Shown here: positions 24,620-38,955 of the stretch, in pieces
How positions within the stretch are numbered: the stretch's first letter is position 1
Layout of the letters: the number at the start of each line of letters is the position of its first letter
Assembly: GCA_030141605.1 (NCBI GenBank)
Contig: JAQGDQ010001321.1
Span: 1-47,460, forward strand
DNA length: 47,460 nucleotides
Reading direction: 5' to 3'
From: Tubiluchus corallicola
Taxonomy: Eukaryota; Animalia; Priapulida
The notes under the pieces: model-generated
Database searches by the model: none
The model's input: the letters and a program-made list of their open reading frames with translations, nothing else
Told to the model about the DNA's origin: nothing
Position numbers and translations under genes: made by a program

Positions 24620-26335
24620 TAATGAAGTCATCCTTAATTACTTCAACAAATGATCTCTAAGTGTTTCTATCATTTTGCTTTTGAATTAACGCAGCAATAT
24701 TAGTGGTGTTAATGTTATTCTTAAAAAAACATGCGCTTTTGTGAGTCTACGAAAGGGCAGTCGAAAAGTAGATGTTCGCAAGTTTGGGGATGACCACATA
24801 AACAAGAATTGTCAGGTATGAATCCTAATCGGAGTAAAAAATGTTTAAAAAATCCTTGTCCATGAATAAAACTTAGAGCAATGGATTCCAACTCTCTATT
24901 TGTAGGTGAAATTGGTAAATTAAAGGGCTTGAGTTGTGGGATTATGCCAAACCATTCATTTCTGTTTTCTAACAAAGTATAAGTATTGAATTGTCTGTGC
25001 CAAAGAGTTTGCTTGAATTTATCCAGATCAGATTTTGTAACAGACCAATTAACTATAGAAAGTTCTTCGTTGTTAATTCGCCCTGCATCTCTAGTAGTAG
25101 CTAAAAATTGCCTTAAATCTCTAGCATAATATTTTACAAAGTGATTATATGACAGATAAAAGTTAGTATTAAATATATACAAAAGTTCTTTCTTAACTAG
25201 ATCATCATTACCATTCTGCAATATTTTACTTTAAATTTCCTCTTTAAATACAGAGGAATGAGAATGGCAACTATTATACAACTGTTTAAAACATTTGTAC
25301 TACCTGTTATACTATACAGTGCCAGTGTTTGGTTAGCTAAAAACATTCATTATTTGATGACTTGTATTATGATGTCCTCAGAACTGCAACGGGTTCATCC
25401 TTTAAACCTTGTAGGGTATTGTTAGAAATTTTATGTGGTTTGCCTCCTTTAGAAATCGAAATGAAAGCTCATAATGTAAGATTCCTAACAATACCCTGCA
25501 AGGTTTAAAGGATGAACCTGTTGCTGTTCTGAGGACATCATAATACAAGTCATCAAATAATGAGTGTTTTAGATAACTAAACACTGGCACTGTATAGTAT
25601 AACAGGTAGTACAAATGTTTTAAAGAGTTGTATAATAGTTGCCATTCTCATTCCTCTGTATTTAAAGCACAGTTGTTTAATTTGTGTCCATTTGTGCCAT
25701 GCATTTTTCCTAACTCTATTGGTATAGCAATCAAATTTCAGATTACTATCAATAGTGATACCCAGTACTGTACTATTTTGAACATATTCAATTTCATTAT
25801 CACCAATTTTTAATTTAGGCAAATCATTATTTACTATATTTTGCGTAGTCCCCATGATCATAACTTCCGTTTTATTCCTATTACAGTTGACTTTCAGCCG
25901 CCATTTTTTACACCATAGATGTAACTTATTACAACAGATTTGCGCAGTATTACGACACTCATCAGAGTTTGTTTTAGATGCGTAAAATGTGCCATCGTCT
26001 GCGCATTTCAAGACGTCTGCCATTTTATTGGATCTTACATCATTTAGCATTTCTGAGATGAAGATTATGAATAATAGAGGTGAAAGGACAGAGCCTTGAG
26101 GGAGGCCAATATTACTGTTATACAACTGAGAACAGAAATTTCCTACACTGATAGAAAATGATCGACTCAACAAATAATTTTTGATTGTAGCCAAAAACTT
26201 TCCAGCAATTCCTAATTGATAGAGTTTGAAGATTAGGCCTTTGATCCACACACTGTCAAAGGCCTTTTCAAAATCACAAAAGACAGCGATGGCGGGATGT
26301 TTCTTTATATGGTCGCTTTGCATTTTACTAATTAG
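24620..26335 (-). mobile_element. 5'-truncated, rearranged non-LTR retrotransposon (LINE, I/Jockey-group-like) ORF2 remnant
   Basis: RT motifs AVFCDFEKAFDSVW, GLPQGSVLSPLLF, CADD and LGITIDSNLKF. C-terminal CCHC finger CLCGHPQTCEHLLFDC. Premature stop at 25577 and an internal inverted duplication. Confidence 0.9.
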
Positions 26336-26406
26336 GCGAAACAGATATGGTTCAGTACTATGTCCTGCGACAAAGAATAGAAAAGAGTGAATAGATAAAG
26401 AAAGTA

Positions 26407-26845
<439 letters not shown>

Positions 26846-27308
26846 GAGGGGACGAGGAAAAGATAGAACCTGGAAAATGGATTGAACAAGTGAAAGAAGA
26901 AGTATGAATATCCCAGTCAAGAATCTGACGTTATAGTGACGTTACCCGTGACGTTACAGTGACCTCACGCTTGAGGTCATAACGAGATCAAAATCATGAA
27001 CTCAAACATAGCTACACCACGTTTTTAGATCATACTGACCGCATGTCATGACATCATGCTGACCTCAAGTCATGAGTGAAGTTGACTTTTGAGGGAAAAA
27101 ACTTTCTGCTGGAGAATTTTGTAGATAAGAGGCCCGTATGATTTATAAACAGCAGTTCTGCATCTAGAACTGTTCAGGTAAACCTATGAATCAGCAGAAA
27201 AAGGGCGTAGACAAAGAACAATTTATTTTTTTATTCACACCCAATAGTAAAATACAGAATACAATAAAAACAATATATATAAAACACGTAGGCAAAAAAA
27301 CATACAGG

Positions 27309-28140
27309 ACACAAAGAGATGTCCTGCTTACACGTGCCTATTGTGTACAAGGAATTTATGTAAGTTAACTTTACACAAAGAGATTAACTGCTCACATGTG
27401 TCTATTGTGTACAAGGAATTTATGTAAGTTAACTTTACACAAAGAGATTAACTGCTCACATGTGTCTATTGTGTACAAGGAATTTATGTAAGTTAACTTT
27501 ACACAAAGAGATTAACTGCTCACATGTGTCTATTGTGTACAAGGAATTTATGTAAGTTAACTTTACACAAAGAGATTAACTGCTTACATGTGTCTATTGT
27601 GTACAAGGAATTTATGTAAGTTGACTTTACACAAAGAGATTAACTGCTCACATGTGTCTATTGTGTACAAGGAATTTATGCAAGTTAACTTTACACAAAA
27701 AGATGTCCTGCTCACATGTGTCTATTGTGTACAAGGAATTTATGCAAGTTAACTTTACACAAAGAGATTAACTGCTCACATGTGTCTATTGTGTACAAGG
27801 AATTTATGTAAGTTAACTTTACACAAAGAGATTAACTGCTCACATGTGTCTATTGTGTACAAGGAATTTATGTAAGTTAACTTTACACAAAGAGATTAAC
27901 TGCTCACATGTGTCTATTGTGTACAAGGAATTTATGCAAGTTAACTTTGCACAAAGAGATTAACTGCTCACATGTGTCTATTGTGTACAAGGAATTTATG
28001 TAAGTTAACTTTACACAAAGAGATTACCTGCTCACATGTGTCTATTGTGTACAAGGAATTTATGTAAGTTAACTTTACACAAAGAGATTAACTGCTCACA
28101 TGTGTCTATTGTGTACAAGGAATTTATGTAAGTTAACTTT
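27309..28140. repeat. 64-bp minisatellite, ~13 copies
   Basis: Unit acacaaagagattaactgctcacatgtgtctattgtgtacaaggaatttatgtaagttaacttt. Confidence 0.95.
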
Positions 28141-29654
28141 ATATAACCGGCTTTTAAATAACTCAGTATTTCGTGCAGTTACGAGGGGTGCACCATGAAC
28201 ATATGCAGGCAATGAGTTCCAAATCAGTGCAACTTGATTTGAGAAAAAATGACCAAATGATACAAGCTGGTTTTGGTTTTGGATACCGGTATAGGGCAGT
28301 GTAGGGTTACTGAAGGAAACCTAAATATTCCTTGGGCCTAATGTGAAACTTTACCAACGATCAATTTCGACAACCCGGATTCCAGCAGTCATTACCGTAT
28401 TAACATTCAAAACCAGGCACCCCGTCGTTCTCTCCCGCCCTGTTGCGTTCCATCACTCCATCTATCTCTTCGGCGAGCCCTCCTCACACGCGGGACGCGT
28501 CTAATTTACTCCTCGCGTAAACAAGTTCTCCTCGGGAAATCTTTGTTTGTTTACTCGCTGTTGCTTCAACGCAGAGTTATTTGCACGGTGTTGTTTCAAC
28601 GTGCAGCACTACGCGCGAGGATCAGCAACTTACAAGCGTATCGTGTTACGAGCGGTGGGTTTGTGCTGCAATCGAAACCAAATGGATAGGAGGTGCCGTC
28701 GATCAGCGTTCGCAATCAGCGCCTCTTTCCGGAGATATCAACTAATTAGAAGAGCTGTCGTTGTTTAGTCGGAGTACATCCGGTCATACGTCCGGTCACT
28801 GCGCGGTGATAATTGCCGGACATGCGGGAGTTCTTGCAGGAATTGTGCGCATGCGTCTTTGGACATTAATCTATTTCTATGACTTCTAATAAAAAAGATC
28901 GAATTGTGATTTATTATGGCTGTTCATTTTCACAGTTGCATAAACTTGAGTTGTAGATGTATCATCTTTTCATTTATTTATATATTTTTTTGTCTTTGCA
29001 TTTTTTATTAGCTTATTCAATCGTTCCTTTATTCATTCATTTGATTATTTGTTTAGTTGTTTATTGGGCATGATTTTTTTCTTTATTTGTTTGTTTATTT
29101 GTCAGCTATATTTCTATAAATATTAAAACTTTTCATCTATTATTTGTTTTGTGTGTGTTTCTTTGTAGTCATTTATTTATGTTGTACATTTAATAATTTG
29201 TTTGTTACTTTGTTTGTTACAGTTTATTTTCGTTTGTTTATTCATATTTGCATTTGTTTGCTTATTTGTGTATCTAAAATCACCACTCATGTTTTGATCT
29301 ATATTTGTTTACAAACTGTAGTTTTCTTATAGTTCTTTCAGTAAATCAGTTCATGGATAAAGGATAATCAATCTAATGGATGAAAAAATAAAAAATGTAG
29401 GTAATTGAACGAAATAATGAATGAACGAGGGAGCGAATGATTAAGTGAACGGATGAATAAAGAACGAAGAAATGGTAGAATAGATGCATGGATGGATAGA
29501 CGAAAAAATGGATAAACGAAGTAAAGAAATGGATGGATAGATGGATGAACAAATAGAGATGCATAAGGAAAGAAAGAATGTAAGGAATAAGGATAGTTGA
29601 ATGAATGTAAGAATGGAAAAAATGAATGAGTGAATGAAGGTGTAATAATTAATG

Positions 29655-29775
29655 AACGAAATGAGCGACGAAAAAAATTTGCTCTACCATAGTAAATTGA
29701 ACATTGTCGTAATATATCTAAACCATCTCTATTGTCATCTGATAAAATATGACCCAGACATTGTATACATGGCAA
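29655..29775 (-). pseudogene. Short LINE reverse-transcriptase fragment
   Basis: CLGHILSDDNRDGLDILRQCSIYYGRANFFRRSF resembles the YLGH..DD..DIxRQ..Y.RAN...R.F segment after the RT core of non-LTR elements. Confidence 0.55.
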
Positions 29776-30053
29776 TTCCTTTCAGCCTAATCGTGTCTCT
29801 GTCAATGTTGAGAGCCATTCTTTTCATCTTTGATGTCCATCATAGTTGTCGACAAACATGAACTGACTTAATGACTTACTGTCATCTCTGTTTGTTGACA
29901 AAAATTGTGAAACCACCGAAGGCAGCCTGCGGAAATATTCGGAAAAGATGAATTTAACTATGTCGCTAACTGTAAAATATTCCAATGTATACATGACTTT
30001 ATATTACGTACTAAACGCTTCCAGTAGTTTCTATCTGACATAAAATGCACCAG

Positions 30054-30485
<432 letters not shown>

Positions 30486-31373
30486 GACAGGCTGCGTGGG
30501 TCACAGTATCACAGACATGCAGTGCAGTGGTGGGAAATCACAGTTTCTAAACATAATACTATTACTTCTGTGTATTTTAACGGTTATTAAGTACAATGAT
30601 AGTTAACAAATAGAAGCTGCTTATGCGTGAGAATTACACAGATAATAATTAAGCTTTAGAAACTGCGTGATTTGGGGCGGCTCGAGGAATAACCGTATGT
30701 GCCAAATTTCATTTTATGTAAAATTTTACATACAATTCTCTAGATTGGATGCTTTACCACATTGAATTTTAGCTGCAAGGTGTTTGGTGACGGCTTCGAG
30801 GTGAATTTATCCACTCCTATGGCTTCCTGAACTCTCCCATCCCCCGCCAGGTAGCAACGCCCTCTCATCAAAGATTAACACGTCATCAACGCGACTAAGC
30901 AGCGCATCAACATTCTCTGTTAACCGACCACTCAACTGAAATTTATCGTTTATTTAAAATTCAAACAAGCAGCGAGATTCTCGTCATTCCGACGCACCGC
31001 CGCTGTCGGATTATCCACGACGACCGCTGACTGTTACAGAGTGGCTTTTGACTGAGCAGACAGGGCAGGTAGTGTTCGTCCACTCAACGCCAATTACGGG
31101 TTTAATGGCATTTAGTCAGATTGTTAAGTGCTGCTCGACTAGGTCAATAAAGACAGTATTATACCATACGGTGGGCAATCCGTGCGTTTTTGACAGACAA
31201 AATTTGACGGGGTTTATTATGGCGACATACAATGAGAGCTCTTGTCATGGAGTCTAGTGTTAAGCTACTTGAAAATCGCCTCTTCAGCAAGGGCGCAGCC
31301 ATGTTTGAAAATCAGCGGCAGAGTGCAAATAAAAGGGCGCCATCACACGCACCGAATTAATTAATTTTAGTTC

Positions 31374-32030
31374 TATATATATATATATATATATATAATA
31401 ATCATTATTTGCCATTAAAATACATTGATAATCACTGATAAAAACTTTACAGAGATGATCAATCAGTGTTAGTTAATAAAAACTTACACTGCTAAAGGCA
31501 AATGCGTCAGTGCAATCTAAACTACTGTGTAGTAATGGAAAGTAACGACGAATAAAATCAAACGTATTTACAACTATGCACAAAAAATGAAAAAATTAAG
31601 ATTTAATTAATATGGCCGTGGATGTATAAATTCTGAAATTAGTGTGTATGTTGTCGTACTGGTGTGATGGTATTTCATATCTGATTAATATTAGTGATTT
31701 TAATTTTATTTTAAATGCTGATAGGGACTTGATTTGTTTAACCTGTAATGGTAGAGAATTCCAAAGTAGAATTGCTTACTTGATTACAGAGTTCGTTCCA
31801 CAGTGGGTATTTGTCCTAATTTGTTTTAGATTGCTTGTTCTGGAATTAACGATAGGATTTGGAAAAAAGATAAATCTGTTATTCTGGAATGGTTTGCTGA
31901 TGTTGTTAATGTATTTAAATATAAAAAGCAAAGTAAAATATTCTTTGTGTGCTTCAATGATTGGGAATTTTAAAGTTTTTCTCAGGTTAGTTGTTGAAGA
32001 TTTGAATTTTTTGAATTTTTGAATTTTCTA
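31374..32030 (-). mobile_element. Longer 3' fragment of CR1/L2-group LINE (same family)
   Basis: Minus strand reads ..RTNTHCGTNSVIK*AILLWNSLPLQVKQIKSLSAFKIKLK, the typical WNxLP..FKxxLK ORF2 end, followed by an (AT)n tail. Confidence 0.78.
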
Positions 32031-32192
32031 AACTTTAATGAAACATTGTACGTATTTGCATTTAATACAGCCAAGGGCGTAGCCATGTTTGAAAATTAGT
32101 GGTAGCATGGAAAATAGACGCTTTGACGTGTCTTTGCATTTAAAGCGCAAAAATAATAATAAAATTTTAGACATCATATGTTTCAAAGGATA

Positions 32193-32685
32193 ATTCTTTC
32201 TGAGAGTTCTTTCTGATAGTTCTCTCTGAAAGTTCTTTCTAAGAGTTCTCTCTGGGTTTTCTCTCTGAGAGTTCTGTCTGATAGTTCTCTCTGAAAGTTC
32301 TTTCTAAGAGTTCTCTCTGGGTTTTCTCTCTGAGAGTTCTTTCTGATAGTTCTCTCTGAAAGTTATTTCTAAGAGTTCTCTCTGAGTTTTCTCTCTGAGA
32401 GTTCTCTCTGAAAGTTATTTCTAAGAGTTCTTCCTGAGTTTTCTCTCTGAGAGTTCCCTCTGAAAGTTATTTCTAAGAGTTCTCTCTGAGTTTTCTCTCT
32501 GACAGTTCTTTCTGAGAGTTCTTTCTGATAGTTCTCTCTCTGAGTTTTCTCTCTGAGAGTTCTTTCTGATAGTTCTCTCTGAAAGTTCTTTCTAAGAGTT
32601 CTCTCTCTGAGAGTTTTTTGTGAGAGTTCTTTCTGATAGTTCTCTCTGAAAGTTCTTTCTAAGAGTTCTCTCTGAGTTTTCTCTC
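32193..32685. repeat. Pyrimidine-rich ~15-bp degenerate minisatellite
   Basis: Recurring gagagttct(c/t)tct(g/a)a. Confidence 0.88.
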
Positions 32686-33380
32686 ATATAATTTGCAAGA
32701 ACTTGCCGAAAGAACTCGCAATGCTGTTCACACTTCCGACTTTACTCTCAGAGAGAAAACTCCGTAGTATGGACGCGCCGTTAGTCTGCCTATAGTCCCA
32801 ATCAACACGAACACATCTAGCGGCTTTTTACTTTTTTCATTGCGTAATGTGATTTTAAAAAAATAAAGTTTTTGAATTGAAAACGGGCGGTTGGTCGATT
32901 AATTAGTCCAGAAAATGCTGGATAAATCCTGCGAAAAAGAAGCATTTTCAAAATAACTGACAAGTGAACTTAAAAACTTGACTATTTTTGATTAAAAGTG
33001 ACACTTTTGAAGCAAAAATTGTGCATTGTTTTTTTGAGAGGGGGCGCTCTCGTTTTTCTCTGCTCCCCTTCTAGCTACGCCACCCACCTAGTGCAAAGCT
33101 ACTGGAAAACAGCTTCCATTTCAATGGGAAACGATCGTCTAATGGCACTACGGCTTTTCAGAGTAATTAGGTAACCTGATAAGACGGTAACGGCTGATTT
33201 AAGATCGGCATTTGATACTTAAGCAGGAAATTACGTTTTAATAGGATTATCACTTGAGTATTTCGATGTTATTTTAGTACTGAGAAATAAGATTTTTGAT
33301 AATTTGTCAGCAATGGAAAGATCTGAGCAAAAACTTAAAATTTGGCCAAAAATTTTTAATCAGTGTTTGGAAGAGTTTAA

Positions 33381-33834
33381 CCCTTACATATCCGTTGTAT
33401 CCCGTGGGATACGAGAATATTTTCTGCCTTTAAAATTAATAAAAGTTTAAAATTGTCAGTTATTTGATCTGTTAATAGTTATTTTGATTTAAGCCAATAA
33501 CAATAGATTAAAAAAGTTGATAAAATGGCAAACTAGAAAATCTACATAGCATAAAAACTGAGCAAGGTACAGTACTTTAGAGACGACTTTGTACAGATCA
33601 ACATAGCGTGCATACTAAATGTCTTAAATACTTTAAAAAATTATCAGCAGTTGCAAAATGAAACACATTTTACGCTTCCGTTGAATCCCAATGTATCCCG
33701 TGGGATACAGGCTATATTTAGCACGCGGGCACAGGTAGAAAAAAATAATTATGTGTAAACAAGATGGACATACTGAACAAAAGTACCGAATCAAAAAAAT
33801 TTTCTTATTAAAAAATAATTTGGGACTGAAAGGG
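33381..33834 (+). mobile_element. piggyBac-type MITE (~454 bp)
   Basis: TTAA-CCCTTACA...TGAAAGGG-TTAA. Confidence 0.9.
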
Positions 33835-34865
33835 TTAAGTTTAGCATTTAGTTTAGTTACTAATGCAGTAGAAAGTGGTTATTTGAGGGTGGTAAATATA
33901 ACAAGATTTGGTAGTATTTTCAAATTTGGTATTTCTTGCACTCGAAATAGTAACTTATAAGCGTTATTATTCGAAGACAATGGTCATTTTAACAAATTTA
34001 ATTTCTTAGACGCAGAACTACTCCTTGTATATTCAATTTTCCCTCGGGTTTCGTATCTGTGGAATTCCTACAAATTCTTACCTCTACATGCATTGTGAGA
34101 AAAACAACAAGAAATATTTTATATTAAAATAGACTATGCGTACAATTTGTCTCACGCTCATAAAATAATTCTTATTTTTAATTTTAAAAACAAGATTTTT
34201 TACGATAAAAGACACCACTCACTTTACGTCCGGGTCTGAGGTTGCTCGTATTATGCACACAGGGTTACCGTTAGCAATAACGCTGCATAAAACATGAAAA
34301 CGAACTCCGCGCATTTCATATACAGGCACGGCCATTTTGACGAGAAGTTTTTTGAAACAAGTTTAGATAAGATTGCGTAAAGTTTGAAAAAATAATCAGG
34401 TGATTCGTATCCTCACTCTTCACTAACTAAGCAAAAGTATAAATTACTTTGAGTAGTCATATAAGTTTTTGTGAATCAGTGATGCACACTGGGGAGACTT
34501 GGTTGGTTGGCGTAAATTGTTATTAATTAATGTCAATATAGTCTACAGATTTTTATATCAGTACTTAGTTATAGCAATACATTTAATCATGCAACTAATT
34601 ATCTTCTACTCAATGCAAATTAAACTAAATGTTAATAATTGCATTTCAGAATAAAGAAACTTTTGGTCAACACGTTAAACTGATGTTTTGTATCCATTTC
34701 AATCTTTATTATTAGTTTTCGAAACCTCTTTGATTGTTTGGTAGGTGCTGCCCTCTACATAACTCGTAATGCTAAAGCATTAACGGTTCAAATGCTGAAC
34801 CTAAGCTTGTACTATTATAGCAAAGTATTGAAAATTACATATTCATATTAAAATACAGGCAAATG

Positions 34866-35411
34866 TGGTTGGCATCCTTCTCTCTCAGAAGACAATGGAG
34901 TGTGCGCCAAGAGAGTCAGTTATTGATCACATTGATGGAGCTGCAGCGTCGACTGTGGCTGAGCAGTCCGATCCTTGAACGTCTCCAGGGCGCACGCCTG
35001 GGCAAGGTGTATGGAGATCCTGAGTTGCCCAGACCGCAGGAATCCCCTCTCTTCCTACCTGGTGTAGTCCAAAGGAAAGTGGAGCCATACGTTTGGCACC
35101 AGGTTGACTGCAGGAGCTGTCGGAGTCAGTGAGCATGCTGCACTGGTCCGCCTTCGGGGCTCCATTTCTGATTTGGAAGGTTTACTCCTCTACACATGGC
35201 CGTTGGGTCACTTGACCTCCTCCGCCCTCTAGCCGTTAAATGCTTGTGCAGCTCCTCCGCCTAGTGTCGAGATACAGTGTGGGCATCCCGCAAACCTAGA
35301 GCACCTGGTATTCCTAGGCGGTCACCCATCCAAGCATTAACCAGGCTCTACGTTGCTTAACTTCGGTGATCAGACGAGAACCGGTGTTTTCAACGTGATT
35401 TGGCCGTAGTC
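34866..35411 (-). mobile_element. 5S rRNA-derived SINE (SINE3), copy 2, apparently full length
   Basis: 35411-35293 reads GACTACGGCCAAATCACGTTGAAAACACCGGTTCTCGTCTGATCACCGAAGTTAAGCAACG..TGGATGGGTGACCGCCTAGGAATACCAGGTGCT, a 119-nt 5S-like head with A and C boxes. No T4+ terminator follows. A ~430-nt body is shared with the copy at 11.8-12.3 kb. Confidence 0.85.
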
Positions 35412-37032
35412 ACTGAGGAGACTATTCAATGACATTTTACCAGTTGCAGGGACATTTTAGTTTACTAAGAATTTTAATTTTTTAGTCATACAAAAATCTT
35501 CCAAGCGGGTAAGCACAGTGCTAAGTAATATATCTTTGTATGAAAGCTTTCTGGCGCATTTCCATTTCTTCCTCTTTAAGTATGAAAAATTTACAAATGT
35601 TTTTAATCTGCAGTTTAGCCAATAAACATTTAATCCTTTTTATACGGTTTGAAACTCGCAAGCTGAAATCCAGTATCCAACAACACTGTATATACTGTTG
35701 TGGCAAGACCGGCACCTAAATCACGGATCAAAGATGAGACACTGAACCAGTAGAGGCGTTTCAGCTACATTTAGATGTCTACACAACGTTTCTCGACGAG
35801 GTAATAATGCCCAGGGTCAGCGTAACAAATGAAATATCCCTTAACAAGTACTGAAGCAGCTATCACCTATCCATTTACTGAACAAGTGCAAAGTTGCTTA
35901 ACTTTGATTGTTTATGAAAACCAATGTAAAAATTGGTCCTAGAAATGCGATAAACCAAAGAGGCTATGCTAGGTGCGAGCACATGTCTTTAGGTGGTACT
36001 GAAGCATATCGCTAAGCAGTGGCCGACCAGCAAATGGCACCTGGCATTTGTTAGTAATGTAGTTTATACTAGAGAGAAAAGAATTATGTAATAAATGTGA
36101 AAAAGGAAAAGTTAGGTAGGTCAATAAGAACAGGACAGCGCTAAAAACAGTTTGGAGAAAGAGGGTCATGGGAGCAGGTTTACATATCGTAGTTTTAGTT
36201 TTTTGAGAGGTGATTATATTTTCATTGTTGCAGAAGTGTAATTAGTAATTATAAAATGGTTTGTGTTAATGGAGAGAAATTTTGTATACGTATAAGTTAT
36301 AATATTTTGCAAGGAATATGTTATGAAAGGAGGAAGGAACACAAAACGACAAAAACAAATATAGGTTTTTTGGAGTCCTCAGGAGGAGACTTGAGAGGCG
36401 AATTTCGGCTGCTAAACTTTGGTTGTTAAGCACACGCAGTAATTACTAGGCTATTCACCTCTTACCAACCTAAGCCTCACCTAGGGCTAATCAAATTGTC
36501 TTAAATTAAGTAAACAAAATAAAAAATAAGTTAACAAAACAAAAAACAAGACAAACAACGAATGAGTTAAAACAACATTCAATTTTCTTTGTCAAATTTC
36601 AATCTCCAATTTTAACAGCAGCAAAGTTAACATAATATACAAGATTGCAGTTTATGCAATCAAAAAAAACGTCTCGACCGCCGTGGCGCCCTCTAACGAT
36701 CAACTAATTTATTTTTCACCCGTTTCACGTCTTTAACGTAAAAAAAATCATCAAATATTGCATAGAAAAAAATCGATTTAGAAACACTTTCTAAACAAAA
36801 AACACAAGAACATCTTATAATCAACTTATTAGAGTATATAATGCAGCAAAGCAACAAAGTTATGCATTACCTAGTAGACGTCACTGCCACCTATCCGTGG
36901 TGAAAATAAACTTTTATACAATAAACAATGCAAATGCAACATCTTGAACTTAATAAACAATATCCTGGATTTAATATTTTCCCAACTTCCCATTCTTACC
37001 ACATTCTAAGCATAACTTTGCTTAGCAGAAAA

Positions 37033-37915
37033 TATTATTAAATTTTTCGTTTAGAAATATTTATTTTCATTGTTTGACTAAATTAGTGTAACAGGTACCT
37101 ACGTTTCAGATATACGCTAATGCCTCGTCCACACCGAACACAATTCTACCAGTGTGAACAGATATGCGATCAAAAGACATCTGTAATGCCTAGTCCACAC
37201 TGAACACAATTCTACCAGTGTGAACAGATATGCGATCAAAAGACATCTGTAATGCCTCGTCCACACCGAATAGAATTCAACCAGTGTGAACAGATATGCG
37301 ATCAAAAGACATCTCTTTTTCGGCAAATATAATTAATAGGTACAGACGTGTTTTACATACTCGGTAATGCCCAGCCACACCGAACACAATTCTACCAGTG
37401 TGAACAGATATGTGATCAAAATACATCTGTTTTTTCAGCAAATATAATTACTAGGTACAGACACGTTTTACATACTGGGTAATGCCTAGTCCACACCGAA
37501 CAGAATTCTACCAGTGTAAACAGATATGTGATTAAAAAGACATGTTGTAGCTCAGCAAACATAATGCCCTAGATGTAACACGATTTTTCAAATGAGCAAG
37601 CGAAACATGAATTACTGCGAGATTTTCAACTTAAAATTAAGAAACCAATTTTCTGGTTAATATAGTTGCAAATACCTCACATAGAAGTAAACGATCACAA
37701 TTCTGTTCGGTGTGAACGGGGCATTACCGAGATGTAAAACACGTCTGTACCTATTAATTATGTTTGCCGAAAAAAGAGACGTCTTTTGATCGCATGTGTT
37801 CACACAGGTAGAATTGTGTTCGGTGTGAACTAGGCATTAGCGTATATCTAAACCTGTTAAACTAATTTAGTCATACAATGAAAATAAATATTTTGAAAAG
37901 GAAAATTTAATAATA
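37033..37915. mobile_element. Foldback/MITE-like element with long TIRs and internal 66-bp repeats
   Basis: 37033 to ~37180 is the reverse complement of ~37780-37915. Internal repeats taatgcct.gtccacaccgaacacaattctaccagtgtgaacagatat occur in both orientations. Confidence 0.7.
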
Positions 37916-38428
37916 CTGCGAATTCCGTCACACTAAACAAATAACCAGCACCTCTTGTAGTATACTTAGATGCTTAAACATTTCTAAAATAAGACAAAAT
38001 GTAAACCAGCTTTGCCAAGCAGTTAAAATTCCGGCTACTATTCTCCCCAATAAAAAAATTGGTAATACGTGGTCACCAAACCAACTACCTGCGTACGAAA
38101 AAATATGGCACTTCGTTTGTCTGTTATACACGAAATTAGATTCTTGAAAACGTATAATACTGCAGAGAAAGATGATACCCAATACTTGTAGATACGAAGA
38201 TTTGCAATTCTTAAAACAATCTTTACCCTTTAAACATAACGAGAAATTTAATGAGGCTAGTAAAATAAAGTACATTTAAACAACATACCTAACAGTGCTA
38301 TAATAGTAAATACTATGCTAGTAATATCTATAATAAATACTATAAAGTAATAGCACTATACTATTATAGTATTAACGTAGGTATGAACTTCTGATGGAAC
38401 GTCATGGGCTGAGGTGCCTTATAGAAGA

Positions 38429-38955
38429 GTTAATACGACTAACCTCACCTACGGGTTGATGTACCCTCATGGACACGAAAAAGCACAACTTAATCTAACA
38501 GGTATTGAACATTTTGTACTACCTCTCTTAACAACATGTTTTATCTAACATTTTCTTGTAATCGACAAGCAAGACAATCAAAAATAAAGTATGCATACTT
38601 CATTATACAGTTAATACGACTAACCGCACCTACGGGTTGATGTACCCTCATGGACACGAAAAAGGACAATTTAATCTAACAGGTATTGAAAATTTTGTAC
38701 TACCTCTCCTAACAACATGTTTTATCTAACATTTTCTTGTAATCGACAAGCAAGACAATCAAAAATAAAGCATGCATACTTTATTATAGATAGTTAATAC
38801 GACTAACCGCACCTACGGGTTGATGTACCCTCATGGCACGAAAAAGGACAACTTAATCTAACAGGTATTGAACATTTTGTACTACCTCTCCTAACAACAT
38901 GTTTTATCCAACATTTTCTTGTAATCGACAAGCAAGACAATCAAAAATAAAGTAT
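38429..38955. repeat. ~182-bp tandem triplication
   Basis: agttaatacgactaacc...gacaatcaaaaataaag, three times. Confidence 0.9.

Noticed and set aside
35293-35411. Functional 5S rRNA gene (also 12182-12300)
   Set aside because: Dispersed rather than tandem, mutated helices, no T4+ terminator, and fused to a common body; better explained as SINE heads.
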